Assembly: GCA_002688035.1 (NCBI GenBank)
Contig: NZBU01000009.1
Location: 25,929-89,928, forward strand
Length of the DNA: 64,000 nucleotides
Direction: 5' to 3'
Source of the DNA: Candidatus Iainarchaeum sp.
GTDB lineage: Archaea; Iainarchaeota; Iainarchaeia; Iainarchaeales; GCA-2688035
Below are positions 9,399 to 19,474 of the stretch, piece by piece. The position numbers and the translations under genes are program-made. Below the pieces are notes generated by a model. The model was not told the DNA's origin. It made no database searches and saw only the letters and a program-made list of their open reading frames with translations. How positions within the stretch are numbered: position 1 is the stretch's first letter; the number at the start of each line of letters is the position of its first letter.

Positions 9399-11348
9399 AT
9401 GCCATTTATTTGGATTAGTTTTATTGCAATTGTTGCACTTGCCTTCGCGCTCTTCACCTATCTAAGAATAATGAAGCGCAGTCCTGGCTCAAAAGAAATG
9501 CAGGAAGTAAGCGATCTTGTGCATGATGGCGCACTAGCCTTCCTAAACAAAGAATATCAAATTCTCATAGTCTTTGTAGCAATTGTTTCAATACTCCTCT
9601 TTTTTGGGCTGGGAACAATTACTGCCGGGGGCTTCATTCTTGGAGCGTTCCTTTCTGCGTTAAGTGGAAACATTGGAATGAGAATTGCAACCAAGGCAAA
9701 CGCTAGAACAGCCGAGGCCGCAAAAAAAAGTGTTGGAGATGCTTTGAGGCTTGCATTCTCCAGTGGAATGGTTTCAGGCATGACTGTTGTGGGCTTTGGA
9801 CTACTCGGCCTAACTGTATTATACTATTTTGTCAATGATCCTGTTTTACTCTATGGCTTTGGTTTTGGAGCAAGCAGTGTCGCGCTATTCGCAAGGGTTG
9901 GAGGTGGCATTTTCACTAAGGCCGCAGATGTTGGGGCAGACTTGGTTGGAAAGGTTGAAGCAGGAATTCCTGAGGACTCTCCAAAGAATCCAGCCACAAT
10001 CGCGGACAATGTTGGTGACAATGTTGGGGACGTAGCGGGAATGGGTGCAGACCTGTTTGAAAGCTATGTTGACTCAATTATTGCCGCAATGGTTCTTGGA
10101 GTATTGGTTTTGCCAGAGCTAGGTGCTCTTATCCCACTTTCTCTTGCAGCACTTGGAATTGTTGCAAGTATTATTGGAAGCATATTTGTAAGAACAAAAA
10201 ATCACGATGTGTTCTCTGCGCTTGATCGGGGGATTATTGCGTCCGCCGTTATAACCGCAATATTAGCCTATATTCTGATAAGCCAAACTATGCCCGATCT
10301 AAATGTTTTCTATGCAATGCTTTCCGGTATTATCAGTGGAGTACTAATTGGGTATAGCATCAAATATTTCACTTCAAGTGAACACTATCCAACAAGAGAA
10401 ATTGCAATGTCCGCGCAAACTGGTGCAGGAACAAGTGTCATAAATGGTTTGAGCGTTGGAATGATGTCAACTATTGGACCTATACTATTTGTCAGCATAG
10501 CAATCCTTGTTTCATATTACTTTGCAGGATTATTTGGAATAGCAATCGCGGCAGTAGGAATGCTTAGCATTGTTGGAGTAACTCTTGCAACAGATACCTT
10601 TGGAAGTGTTTCTGACAATAGTCAGGGCATAGCAGAAATGACTGGCATGGGCAAAAAGGTTCTGGAGCGTACAGCTGTGCTTGATGCGGTTGGAAACAGT
10701 ACCGCTGCCATTGGAAAGGGCTTTGCAATTAGTTCTGCAGCACTCACAACTATTGCACTCTTTGCTTCTTATATTCAGATAACAGGCCTTGCTTCAATAG
10801 ACCTTAGTATTCCAGTTGTTATGGTGGGATTGTTCCTTGGCGCGTTTGTGCCATTCCTGTTTTCCTCTCTCACAATGAGTGCGGTTGGAAAGGCTGCGCA
10901 CGAAATGGTAAAAGAGGTTAGAAGACAGTTTAAAGAAATTCCCGAGATTTTGCAGGGAACCGCAAAGCCTGATTACAACAAGTGCATTGAGATTAGTACC
11001 GAGGGCGCGATAAAATCAATGATTATTCCAGGGCTTATAGCAATCTTGTTTCCACTTGCAGTTGGATTGTCCTTGGGTGTAGAAGCTTTAGGTGGGTTCT
11101 TGGCAGGGAGCATTGCAACAGGTTTCTTAATGGCTGTTTTCATGGCAAATTCTGGGGCGGCATGGGATAATGCAAAGAAATGGATTGAACAAGGAAATAT
11201 CGGAGGCAAAAAAAGTCCTGCTCACAAGGCGGCAGTGGTTGGAGATACTATTGGTGATCCTTTCAAAGATACTGCAGGGCCGTCTCTAAACATCCTAATA
11301 AAACTGATGACAATCGTTGCCCTTGTTGTTGCACCATTAATTATTTAA
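9399..11348 (+). CDS. hppA: Membrane-bound pyrophosphatase (K+-dependent, probably Na+-pumping)
   Basis: [51 protein letters not shown]. Confidence 0.96.
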   Translation: MPFIWISFIAIVALAFALFTYLRIMKRSPGSKEMQEVSDLVHDGALAFLNKEYQILIVFVAIVSILLFFGLGTITAGGFILGAFLSALSGNIGMRIATKANARTAEAAKKSVGDALRLAFSSGMVSGMTVVGFGLLGLTVLYYFVNDPVLLYGFGFGASSVALFARVGGGIFTKAADVGADLVGKVEAGIPEDSPKNPATIADNVGDNVGDVAGMGADLFESYVDSIIAAMVLGVLVLPELGALIPLSLAALGIVASIIGSIFVRTKNHDVFSALDRGIIASAVITAILAYILISQTMPDLNVFYAMLSGIISGVLIGYSIKYFTSSEHYPTREIAMSAQTGAGTSVINGLSVGMMSTIGPILFVSIAILVSYYFAGLFGIAIAAVGMLSIVGVTLATDTFGSVSDNSQGIAEMTGMGKKVLERTAVLDAVGNSTAAIGKGFAISSAALTTIALFASYIQITGLASIDLSIPVVMVGLFLGAFVPFLFSSLTMSAVGKAAHEMVKEVRRQFKEIPEILQGTAKPDYNKCIEISTEGAIKSMIIPGLIAILFPLAVGLSLGVEALGGFLAGSIATGFLMAVFMANSGAAWDNAKKWIEQGNIGGKKSPAHKAAVVGDTIGDPFKDTAGPSLNILIKLMTIVALVVAPLII

Positions 11349-11379
11349 ACAACAAACACGTTCTTCTTTTTGAAGTAAC

Positions 11380-13353
11380 ATGACTGATAAAACTAAGTGG
11401 GTTGTCAAGGATCCTAAGCGAAAAAAAGTTTTCCTGCCAAGCCCAGCTATGAAGAAGCGAGCCTACTTCTCTAGTACTTCTCTTTACACTACTGCTGCCA
11501 AAAACCCTAAAAAGTTCTGGGGGGATATGGCAAAAGAAGCTATTGACTGGAAACAAAAGTGGAACAAGGTTTATGAGGAAAAGCCCCCTTACTTCAAATG
11601 GTTTTTGGGCGGAAAACTAAATGTTTCTTACAATTGTTTGGACAGGCATCTTGAAAAAAGAGGTAACAAAGTAGCCATGATCTGGGAAGCAGAACCGCTG
11701 GGAGAAAGGGAGAGAAAATATACTTATCGTGGTCTCTATAGGGAGGTTTGCAAGTTTTCAAATGTACTAAGAAAACTAGGGGTCAGGAAAGGAGACAGAG
11801 TTGGAATATACTTACCAATGATTCCTGAAACAATGATTGTAATGCTTGCTTGCGCAAGGATTGGCGCGATACACTCTGTTGTCTTCAGCGCTTTCAGTGG
11901 TGTAAATTTCAAGAAGAGAGTTGATGACTGCGAGGCAAAAGTATTAATTACCTGTGATGGGTACTGGAGAAGAAATAAGGCCATAAACCTCAAGTCTCAA
12001 GCTGACATTGCGGCAAAAGCCAAAAGCGTAAAAAAAGTTGTTGTAGTAAAAAGGTTTGAAGGAAAATCTCCTGTAAAAGTTGTAATGAAGAAGGGCCGTG
12101 ACCTCTGGTACCATGAACTCATGGAGAATGCTAGCGAGGACAGCAAACCAGTTCCCGTCGAATCTAATACTCCTTTATTCTTGCTTTACACTTCTGGAAC
12201 AACCGGGAAGCCTAAAGGAGTTATCCATGACACCGGGGGCTACTTGACTCAAGCTTATTTGACCACCAAACTTGATTTTGACTTGCATGACGACGATGTT
12301 TTCTGGTGTACCGCGGACGTTGGCTGGATTACAGGGCACACTTATGCCTGCTATGGTCCACTTTCACTTGGTGCGACAATGGTAATTTACGAGGGTTCGC
12401 CTGACATGCCGGACTGGGGCAGGTTGTGGGCAATAGCTGATAAGTTTGATGTAAGCGTGTTCTATACCGCGCCAACAGCAATTAGAATGTTTAAAAAGAT
12501 GGGTAAGAAGTGGCCAAAGCGCTATGACCTTTCAACATTAAGAATTCTTGGAACGGTTGGAGAACCAATTGACAAGGAAACCTGGGATTGGTATTTTGAT
12601 TATATTGGGCACAAGCGCTGTCCTGTAATTGACACCTGGTGGCAAACAGAAACTGGCGGTACACTAGTTAATGCCCTGCCAGGCATAGGTCCGTTCATTC
12701 CAACCGTTGCTGGCAGACCATTCCCTGGAACCAGAGCAGCAATTCTAGATGATAAAGGTCAACCCGTGAAGAAGGGAGAAACAGGGTACCTTGTTTTTAA
12801 GAGCCCGTTCCCACCAGGATTATTACGTGGAGTCTGGAAGAACCCGAAGAAATACAAGGACACTTATTGGGGTGAGTATGGCAACAGGACGTACTTTACT
12901 GCGGATGGTGCAAAGTGGTATGATAAGCACAACATTAGGATTACTGGGAGAGTTGATGACGTGATGAAGGTTGCTGGGCATAGATTGTCTAGTGCAGAGG
13001 TTGAGGATGCAATAACTTCGCATCCACTAGTAATTGAGTCAGCAGTTGTCCCAAAGCCGGATGAAATCAGGGGTCAAGTGCCAATAGCCTTTGTTGTTTT
13101 GAGACCGGGGATAAAAGAGTCTGAGGCTCTTGGAATAGAATTAGTAAAGCTTGTGAGAAAAGTTATCGGTCCAACAGCAAAGCCACACAAGGTTTACTTT
13201 GTAGAAGGCTTGCCAAAAACCAGGAGCGGAAAAATCATGCGCAGATTCCTGCGCTCAATGCTGGTAAACGAAAAGCTCGGGGACAAAACTACGTTACAGA
13301 ACCCACAAATCGTAGACTACTTGAAGAAAGTTGTTGGCTACAAGAAAAAGTAA
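11380..13353 (+). CDS. acs: Acetyl-CoA synthetase (AMP-forming)
   Basis: YTSGTTGKPKG, DTWWQTETG, LPKTRSGKIMRR. Confidence 0.96.
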   Translation: MTDKTKWVVKDPKRKKVFLPSPAMKKRAYFSSTSLYTTAAKNPKKFWGDMAKEAIDWKQKWNKVYEEKPPYFKWFLGGKLNVSYNCLDRHLEKRGNKVAMIWEAEPLGERERKYTYRGLYREVCKFSNVLRKLGVRKGDRVGIYLPMIPETMIVMLACARIGAIHSVVFSAFSGVNFKKRVDDCEAKVLITCDGYWRRNKAINLKSQADIAAKAKSVKKVVVVKRFEGKSPVKVVMKKGRDLWYHELMENASEDSKPVPVESNTPLFLLYTSGTTGKPKGVIHDTGGYLTQAYLTTKLDFDLHDDDVFWCTADVGWITGHTYACYGPLSLGATMVIYEGSPDMPDWGRLWAIADKFDVSVFYTAPTAIRMFKKMGKKWPKRYDLSTLRILGTVGEPIDKETWDWYFDYIGHKRCPVIDTWWQTETGGTLVNALPGIGPFIPTVAGRPFPGTRAAILDDKGQPVKKGETGYLVFKSPFPPGLLRGVWKNPKKYKDTYWGEYGNRTYFTADGAKWYDKHNIRITGRVDDVMKVAGHRLSSAEVEDAITSHPLVIESAVVPKPDEIRGQVPIAFVVLRPGIKESEALGIELVKLVRKVIGPTAKPHKVYFVEGLPKTRSGKIMRRFLRSMLVNEKLGDKTTLQNPQIVDYLKKVVGYKKK

Positions 13354-13480
13354 GCATTTTTTTCATTCTTTTTCTTTTTAATTTTATAAATATATCACAT
13401 ATTCTATTCCAGATTATAAATCCAAAGATAGTTTTCACCGCAACCATACAATTTAATTAAGAGAAAAGTAATTATTAAGT

Positions 13481-14140
13481 ATGGCAAAGGACAATATCCC
13501 ACGTGGCCAGGATGGGCGCTTTGAAGAGATTTCCCCTGGAGTAGCTAAACAGGTAGTTAGAAGTATTCTATTTTCCAAAAGGACTATTAGGCAGATTGCT
13601 CAAAAGCATGGTGTTTCTTCTGCATATGTTTCAAATGCAAGAGACGCCTTAAGGATGTATGGGGGTCAGGCTCCACATCTAAATACTAGGGAGGCGGCTT
13701 TGCTTGAGCGCGAGTATAAAGTCATGCAATTTATTTTCAATGCCTGTCATAATGCGCAGCAAACAGGACGAAAAGTTCCTTCTGCAGCAAAAATCAAAAT
13801 TTCAGCCGACAAAGTATTGTTAGGTATTACCGGAAGCGTTTCACTAAAAATGGTTAACAGAGTTCTTGATACATTCGCAGTGCAAGGAATAATTCCTCCC
13901 CGAAAAAAACCCGGGCCGAGAAAACAGGTTTCAGTTAACGCACAGCAAGATCCTATCATAAAGCTTATTCGTGAAAAGCCTGCGATTTCAAACGCAGAGC
14001 TAATGCGCATAACTAGGTTAACTCAATCAAAATTAAACTTGAGATTACGAAAGCTTCGTGACCTTGGTGTATTGCCTCTAAGACAACGGCCTGGCGGAAA
14101 ACCTTTTAGGAAAAGAAGAACAAGAATAAAAAGGAAATAA
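13481..14140 (+). CDS. Basic hypothetical protein with probable HTH motifs
   Basis: TIRQIAQKHGVSSAYVS and ISNAELMRITRLTQSKLNLRLRKLRDLG; Arg/Lys-rich. Confidence 0.65.
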   Translation: MAKDNIPRGQDGRFEEISPGVAKQVVRSILFSKRTIRQIAQKHGVSSAYVSNARDALRMYGGQAPHLNTREAALLEREYKVMQFIFNACHNAQQTGRKVPSAAKIKISADKVLLGITGSVSLKMVNRVLDTFAVQGIIPPRKKPGPRKQVSVNAQQDPIIKLIREKPAISNAELMRITRLTQSKLNLRLRKLRDLGVLPLRQRPGGKPFRKRRTRIKRK

Positions 14141-14161
14141 TAACACAAATTTAGATGGTTC

Positions 14162-15310
14162 TTATGGTAAGAAATCCTTTTCCTTGATTTTCTTTGGCAA
14201 ATATTCTGTTGCAACGAACTCAAGGCTTTTGTTGGCGAGAGCTTGCTGTTCTATTCTGATCTTTTCTCTTATTGCTTTTTTGAGTTGGTTCTGCCATAGC
14301 TTATTTTTAAACCAAGGATACTCCAACATTTCCTTTGCACGTTTGATATCTCCGTCTTTCATTCTCTCAGTTACATTCTCTAGTCCATATGTTTCAACAT
14401 CGTGCAAAGTCATTCCAACATATTGGGCCTCAGGGCATGCTAGGTACTGTGAGTGCGCTGCGAGTGCCATTGAACCCTGTTTTATAACACTGTAAATATA
14501 CCAGCCATAAGGGTCACCATCTGTAAACACTATTACCGGGAGTTTTTTCTCGGAGTTAAGTCTATTGATAAGTCTCCTTGTTCCCCTTGCAGCCTGTCCT
14601 CCTGTACTGACAAGTATGCAATGGTTCTTCTTTGCAAACTGCTCCTCAACAAGCCTTTCATACATTGCCTCGGTCTCAATCACTAGAACATACTTTGCGT
14701 TAACACTGACAATCTCTATTTCCTCGGGCTCAAGGCGTGACATTACGCTCCAGCCACCCCTTCCAAGCTTTGCACAGTTGAACTTGTCATTGTGATGCAT
14801 TTTATCCTTGAGTGTAATATCTCCATAAAGTGTCCCCTTTGGGTTTGCATGCAAGTTGAGCTTTTCGCGAATTGTGTTAACACTGTGTTCCAGGTCAACA
14901 ATTACAGCATCACTCTCTGTTTGTCCGTCAAAAGTGTTCTCTTTGCTGTTTGGAACAGTGTGCTTTAACTCATAATAAACTTCTCTGATTGAAGCAGTCT
15001 TGTTCTGATTTAAGTAGTCACGGGTCTTTGCGGCAACCATTGTTGTCTGCATGAACTTTCTTGCGTGTCCAATGTTCAAAAAGTTTCTCGTGGTCTCTTT
15101 ATCTCCAAGTGTAAGAATTCCTCTGTCCTCATCAAATTCTACATTGCTTCTGCCTCTCAACTGGGTTTTGAATGACGGATCTTTTCCCTTTTTGATGTCG
15201 GCAACCATTCCATCCCCTATCCCCTCCAGCTTCTTCGCAATCTGCTTTGGGGTTTCTTTTCCCTTACTTTTTGCCTTTGGCTTTCTTGTCTTTGCCTTCA
15301 TCATCTTCAC
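14162..15310 (-). CDS. top6A: DNA topoisomerase VI subunit A
   Basis: SIREVYY (catalytic Tyr), TOPRIM VIETEA and FTDGDPYG, IEQQAL. Confidence 0.96.
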   Translation of the reverse strand: MKMMKAKTRKPKAKSKGKETPKQIAKKLEGIGDGMVADIKKGKDPSFKTQLRGRSNVEFDEDRGILTLGDKETTRNFLNIGHARKFMQTTMVAAKTRDYLNQNKTASIREVYYELKHTVPNSKENTFDGQTESDAVIVDLEHSVNTIREKLNLHANPKGTLYGDITLKDKMHHNDKFNCAKLGRGGWSVMSRLEPEEIEIVSVNAKYVLVIETEAMYERLVEEQFAKKNHCILVSTGGQAARGTRRLINRLNSEKKLPVIVFTDGDPYGWYIYSVIKQGSMALAAHSQYLACPEAQYVGMTLHDVETYGLENVTERMKDGDIKRAKEMLEYPWFKNKLWQNQLKKAIREKIRIEQQALANKSLEFVATEYLPKKIKEKDFLP

Positions 15311-16955
15311 CCTTTTTGTTTTCTTCAGTGCTGTTTTCCTCTAGCTCCTCAACCTCTTCGGCTTCATCAAGTCTCAATTTCTCAAGAACCATTGTTTCAA
15401 GTTTTTTCTGCAGCAACTTTTTGTCAGTTCCTGTTAACTCGTTCAAGGCCATAACTATTTCAGGAATGTATTTGTAGAACAATTCTCTCTTAAGCTGCTT
15501 CTCGCGCTCCTTTCTCTTACCACTAATATAGCGCCCTGCTTTCCTGCCGGACTGCATCAAAGCAAGTCTGATTTCCTCAATAACTTCGTCTTCATCAGCT
15601 ATAGCTTGTTTGCCGGCTCCAGTGTAGGGAATGTGCACTGAAACAAAATTGACAAGGACAGTAAGAGGCGCTTTGTCAACATCTTTTATGTCATAGCGCT
15701 TCCAGTCAATGCTGTGCACAGACTTTGTGATTGCACAGTTTCCCGCGTCAAATAAAAGTGGTGCGCGATTCGCAAACCTCATAATTTCAAGTCTTTTCTC
15801 CATTCCCTCTGCACCCGAAACAGTTCTGCCTGCTTTTCCGCCATAAGCTATTGCTATCTCAACTTGAAAAGGAAATCCTCCAGCATAAACCTGTGGCCTT
15901 CTTGTAAGAACTGTTAAAAATTCTGGATCAACAATACTTTGTAAGCTCTTTCCAACTTGCGCCTCGCCAATTGGCCTTAGTGCATCTCCGCCAGGTGAGA
16001 TAAAATCAACTTCTTTGAATGCGTTAATTAACTGCTCTGCCTCATCCCAGCCCAGTTGCCTAGGGTCTTTATTGAGGTCAAATTGGACTTTTTTACCTAT
16101 TGACTCAACACTTTTTTGACCCATCCTATCAAAATCTTTTTTCAGGAAGCTGATAACTTTTCTTGAATCAGTATATTTTGCAAGTGTAACAATTTCATCA
16201 ACAGTAACTCCTTTTGGATGGGGCTTCACAACTTTTGGTCTTTCAGGAACTTTGTTCAGTGTTCGTTTAAAAGTAATCTTTTGTCCGGCAGGATCCCTAA
16301 AACTTATTTGGGCATGTGGGTTTGCAATAGCAGTTCTACGCAAATACTCCAAGGCCCCCTGCTCACTATCCCTGTACAGGACTCCCTTAAACTTGGCTTG
16401 AACAGCCAATCCTCTAAAATTCTTTGTCAAATCTTTCTTGTTTGCAATCTTTGGCTCATTCCTCTTTGGATCAATGCTCAGTTGCAGTGAGATAGTCTTG
16501 CCGTCTCCTGTCCCGGTAATAACCTTTATTGGTTTCCCTGTAGTCATTTGACTAAGCATTGTACAGCCACTTGACCCAATTCCCTGCTGTCCTCTGCTCT
16601 GCATCATTCTGTGGAACTTTGTTCCGGCCAAAAGTTTTCCAAGGGCCTTTCCAACTGTTTCCTCTGTTAACCCTGGTCCATTGTCTTTGATCGTAATCTC
16701 GTAATACTCTGAACCAAGTTCGTCAATCTTAACATCGATGTCAGGGAGAATGTTTGCTTCCTCGCAGGCATCCAAAGAATTTGTTACATATTCGTGAATA
16801 ACCGTTGTAAGTGTTCTAACTTTTCCATAAAGCCCTAGCATCTGCTTGTTCTTTTTGAAGAACTCTGCAACACTGTGCTCTTTGAACTCTTTGGATAGCT
16901 CTTCAGCGTCAACTATTTTTCCCGCCAGCTTATCCTCAAGTTTTCCGTCAGCCAT
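15264..16955 (-). CDS. top6B: DNA topoisomerase VI subunit B
   Basis: HEYVTNSLDACE, DNGPG, SRGQQGIG, RFANRAPL GHKL motifs. Confidence 0.96.
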   Translation of the reverse strand: MADGKLEDKLAGKIVDAEELSKEFKEHSVAEFFKKNKQMLGLYGKVRTLTTVIHEYVTNSLDACEEANILPDIDVKIDELGSEYYEITIKDNGPGLTEETVGKALGKLLAGTKFHRMMQSRGQQGIGSSGCTMLSQMTTGKPIKVITGTGDGKTISLQLSIDPKRNEPKIANKKDLTKNFRGLAVQAKFKGVLYRDSEQGALEYLRRTAIANPHAQISFRDPAGQKITFKRTLNKVPERPKVVKPHPKGVTVDEIVTLAKYTDSRKVISFLKKDFDRMGQKSVESIGKKVQFDLNKDPRQLGWDEAEQLINAFKEVDFISPGGDALRPIGEAQVGKSLQSIVDPEFLTVLTRRPQVYAGGFPFQVEIAIAYGGKAGRTVSGAEGMEKRLEIMRFANRAPLLFDAGNCAITKSVHSIDWKRYDIKDVDKAPLTVLVNFVSVHIPYTGAGKQAIADEDEVIEEIRLALMQSGRKAGRYISGKRKEREKQLKRELFYKYIPEIVMALNELTGTDKKLLQKKLETMVLEKLRLDEAEEVEELEENSTEENKKGEDDEGKDKKAKGKK

Positions 16956-16964
16956 TTTTTTCAC

Positions 16965-17504
16965 CTATAACTCAAATTTGCTTGATTCAATTTCTTTTCT
17001 CTTCAAAAATCCTAATACACTACTATGCTTTGCTCCGCCCAACAACATTTCTATTGCTCGTCTTGCATTCTCTACATTTTCAACATTGCCAATTATGGAA
17101 ACCGTTTTTCCGTAAACAGAAATAAAACAGTTCGTTGATTGCTCAATACTGTCCCTGGCTTTTCCTTTTCTGCCAATTATCCTGCCTTTCTTGACTTCTA
17201 ACTGTTTTTTGCTTCCGCCAACTATTTCGGCAAGGTCAATTATGTCAAGATAATTTTCCTCATCTGAAAGCAAAAAGGCCTTTTCAGGCGCAAAACCGCG
17301 CCCAATAGCTTTGATGATGCTAAGTGCATTATAAAAATCTAATCCCTTTTCCTTTGCCTCAATCAAGACATTTCCTGTTTCACTTTCCACATTGACCTTG
17401 GTGTTGGTGAGTTTCTCTATTTTCTGCTTAATCCGCCCGTTTTTTCCGATCAAAGCGGCAATTCTTTCCTTTGGAATTTTGATTGATTCATCCATAAAAA
17501 CCAC
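16965..17504 (-). CDS. KH-domain rRNA processing protein (Dim2/Pno1-like)
   Basis: IGKNG, AIGRGF, GRIIGRKGK; conserved position between rio1 and top6B. Confidence 0.92.
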   Translation of the reverse strand: MVFMDESIKIPKERIAALIGKNGRIKQKIEKLTNTKVNVESETGNVLIEAKEKGLDFYNALSIIKAIGRGFAPEKAFLLSDEENYLDIIDLAEIVGGSKKQLEVKKGRIIGRKGKARDSIEQSTNCFISVYGKTVSIIGNVENVENARRAIEMLLGGAKHSSVLGFLKRKEIESSKFEL

Positions 17505-17586
17505 TAGAAGGGCTTTTTTACGGCTCTATATATTAATAAATGATATATAAGGTTATAAAGCTTTCGTGAAACCGCTTCACAGGATT

Positions 17587-18354
17587 CTATTTCTTAAATA
17601 AGGCTTTTTTTGCCTTTATTTCGTCCATCAAGGACTCTTTAGTTATTTTTAGGCCCTTTTTCCTCAGATAATTGCTTATATTGGTTATATCTCTCTCAAA
17701 AAAGCTTTTTGCTTCGGGGTGTGAGTTCAATACTGCTTGCGCACAATCAATTACCACTAATTCGCCGTTTTTGTTCAGTATATTGTACTCTGATATATCT
17801 GAATGGATCAATTCTGCCTTGAAAAGCATTTTTGCTAAGAAATCCACCAATGTGGAGTGCAATTTCTCCACATCCTCCAAGGGTTTCTCCTTTAATCTTG
17901 GGCTAGCTTCACCTTTTTTCCCCACAAACTCCATGACCAGAACATTGTTTTGGAATGCCAGTGGTAAAGGGGCTCTAACCCCAATCTTATGCAATAGTAG
18001 CAAGTTCTTGAACTCTTTTTTTGTCCAAGCATAGACAAGGCTTCTGCGCGTCTTCTTTACCCTTCCAAATCTTACGTCTCCCTCAATATACTGGGACATG
18101 CGCTTGAAGTCAGTTGTCTCAATCTTGTAGATTTTTACTGCGCGAAAATTCCCAGTCCTATCTCGTGCCCTGAAGACATGGGCTTCTTTTCCAGTGCTTA
18201 TCACAAATTCTAGAACATCAAAGTAACCCTTTGAAGCGAGCGCATGCACAGACTCGATTGTCTGCCTGTCAAAGACCTTTGCAAAGATCTTTCTTGCGCT
18301 ATCATCAGGCACAAATTTCATCAGACTGAATTCCTCTTTTTTCTCCTCTTTCAT
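17587..18354 (-). CDS. rio1: RIO1 serine/threonine kinase
   Basis: ISTGKEAHVF, AVKIY, IHSDISEYNIL, IDCAQAV. Confidence 0.94.
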   Translation of the reverse strand: MKEEKKEEFSLMKFVPDDSARKIFAKVFDRQTIESVHALASKGYFDVLEFVISTGKEAHVFRARDRTGNFRAVKIYKIETTDFKRMSQYIEGDVRFGRVKKTRRSLVYAWTKKEFKNLLLLHKIGVRAPLPLAFQNNVLVMEFVGKKGEASPRLKEKPLEDVEKLHSTLVDFLAKMLFKAELIHSDISEYNILNKNGELVVIDCAQAVLNSHPEAKSFFERDITNISNYLRKKGLKITKESLMDEIKAKKALFKK

Positions 18355-18446
18355 TAAAAAAGGTTGGAGAGAGCAGTATTTATTATTAAGTGGAACAATT
18401 CTTTGCTCCAAAAACAAATTTAAACCAGTTCAACACTATTTACTTT

Positions 18447-19463
18447 ATGGCAAAGGCAAGAAGAAAATCTACCCAGAACATGACACTTAGGTTTGGTGAT
18501 AAATCTGCTTTGCGCTTCTCGCAGATAAGGGAGCTCTACTTAAAACGCGATGCATGGAAAGGCATAAAGCCTGAGCAGATGCGCGCAAGACTCGAAAAGA
18601 TGCGTGCAGAATTTGAGAAAGTGGACAGTGCACTTACAAGGCTTCGCGGAGGCGAAAGCCCGGCATCAATTGGTAAAAGCATTGGTGTTGGAGCGGACAC
18701 GATTACAAAGTGGGCGGCAGGCAAACAACTGCCAAGATCTATCTCTTCCAAAATGCTGCAATCCAACCTGGCTCGCAGAAAAAAATATATTACTGAAGTG
18801 GCAATGAAAAGTCCTAGAACCGCGTATCTTCTTGGAATTAGGATGACCGGGCAAATGGGGGCCTATGCAGGAAGAAGAGGCGGAATGTCTATAATGCTTG
18901 ACGTGAAAAAAGGCACCATTGAAAAAGAAGTTAAAAGCGCCTTCGAATCTGTCTTCCACCCGCACATCGAGGAAACTGCAAAGAGGCATAGTAATGTTGA
19001 TTCATCCGCTCTTAGAGTTAGTGCCACTGAGATAGGCCAGTTCCTAAATCGCACTACTTTTTATGGCAGGCAAATTCCGGAAAGATTTCTTAGAACAAAG
19101 GCTGCGAGAAGGCAATTTGCCATGGCCTTGGTTGATGCAAGTGCCTTTCCATTCCAAAAGTCTCGTGCAGGAAGAAAAAAACAGACACGCGGAATTCTTC
19201 TCAGGACAAGTAATCGCGAAATCCGTGATTACCTTGCAAAAACACTAACAAAATTTGGAATAGAGAATAATCCAAGAGGCGGTGCAATTCTCTCCAAAGA
19301 AGAGAAGTGGCGAGAATTCAAAGAAGGTGAAGCCCCTAAAAGAGGAAAAAGATTTTCATTATATATTCCGGAAAAGGCTTTTGCAAAATTCCAAAAAGAA
19401 ATCGGTTTTAGGGATAAAGAAAAAGAAAGGAAGCTTGCCCGTTTTCTTGGACAAGCCTCCTAA
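18447..19463 (+). CDS. HTH plus degenerate LAGLIDADG-fold protein
   Basis: HTH SPASIGKSIGVGADTITKW; AYLLGIRMTG and FAMALVDASA as decayed motifs; FQKEIGFRDKEK C-terminus. Confidence 0.7.
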   Translation: MAKARRKSTQNMTLRFGDKSALRFSQIRELYLKRDAWKGIKPEQMRARLEKMRAEFEKVDSALTRLRGGESPASIGKSIGVGADTITKWAAGKQLPRSISSKMLQSNLARRKKYITEVAMKSPRTAYLLGIRMTGQMGAYAGRRGGMSIMLDVKKGTIEKEVKSAFESVFHPHIEETAKRHSNVDSSALRVSATEIGQFLNRTTFYGRQIPERFLRTKAARRQFAMALVDASAFPFQKSRAGRKKQTRGILLRTSNREIRDYLAKTLTKFGIENNPRGGAILSKEEKWREFKEGEAPKRGKRFSLYIPEKAFAKFQKEIGFRDKEKERKLARFLGQAS

Positions 19464-19474
19464 ACTAGGGGGAG

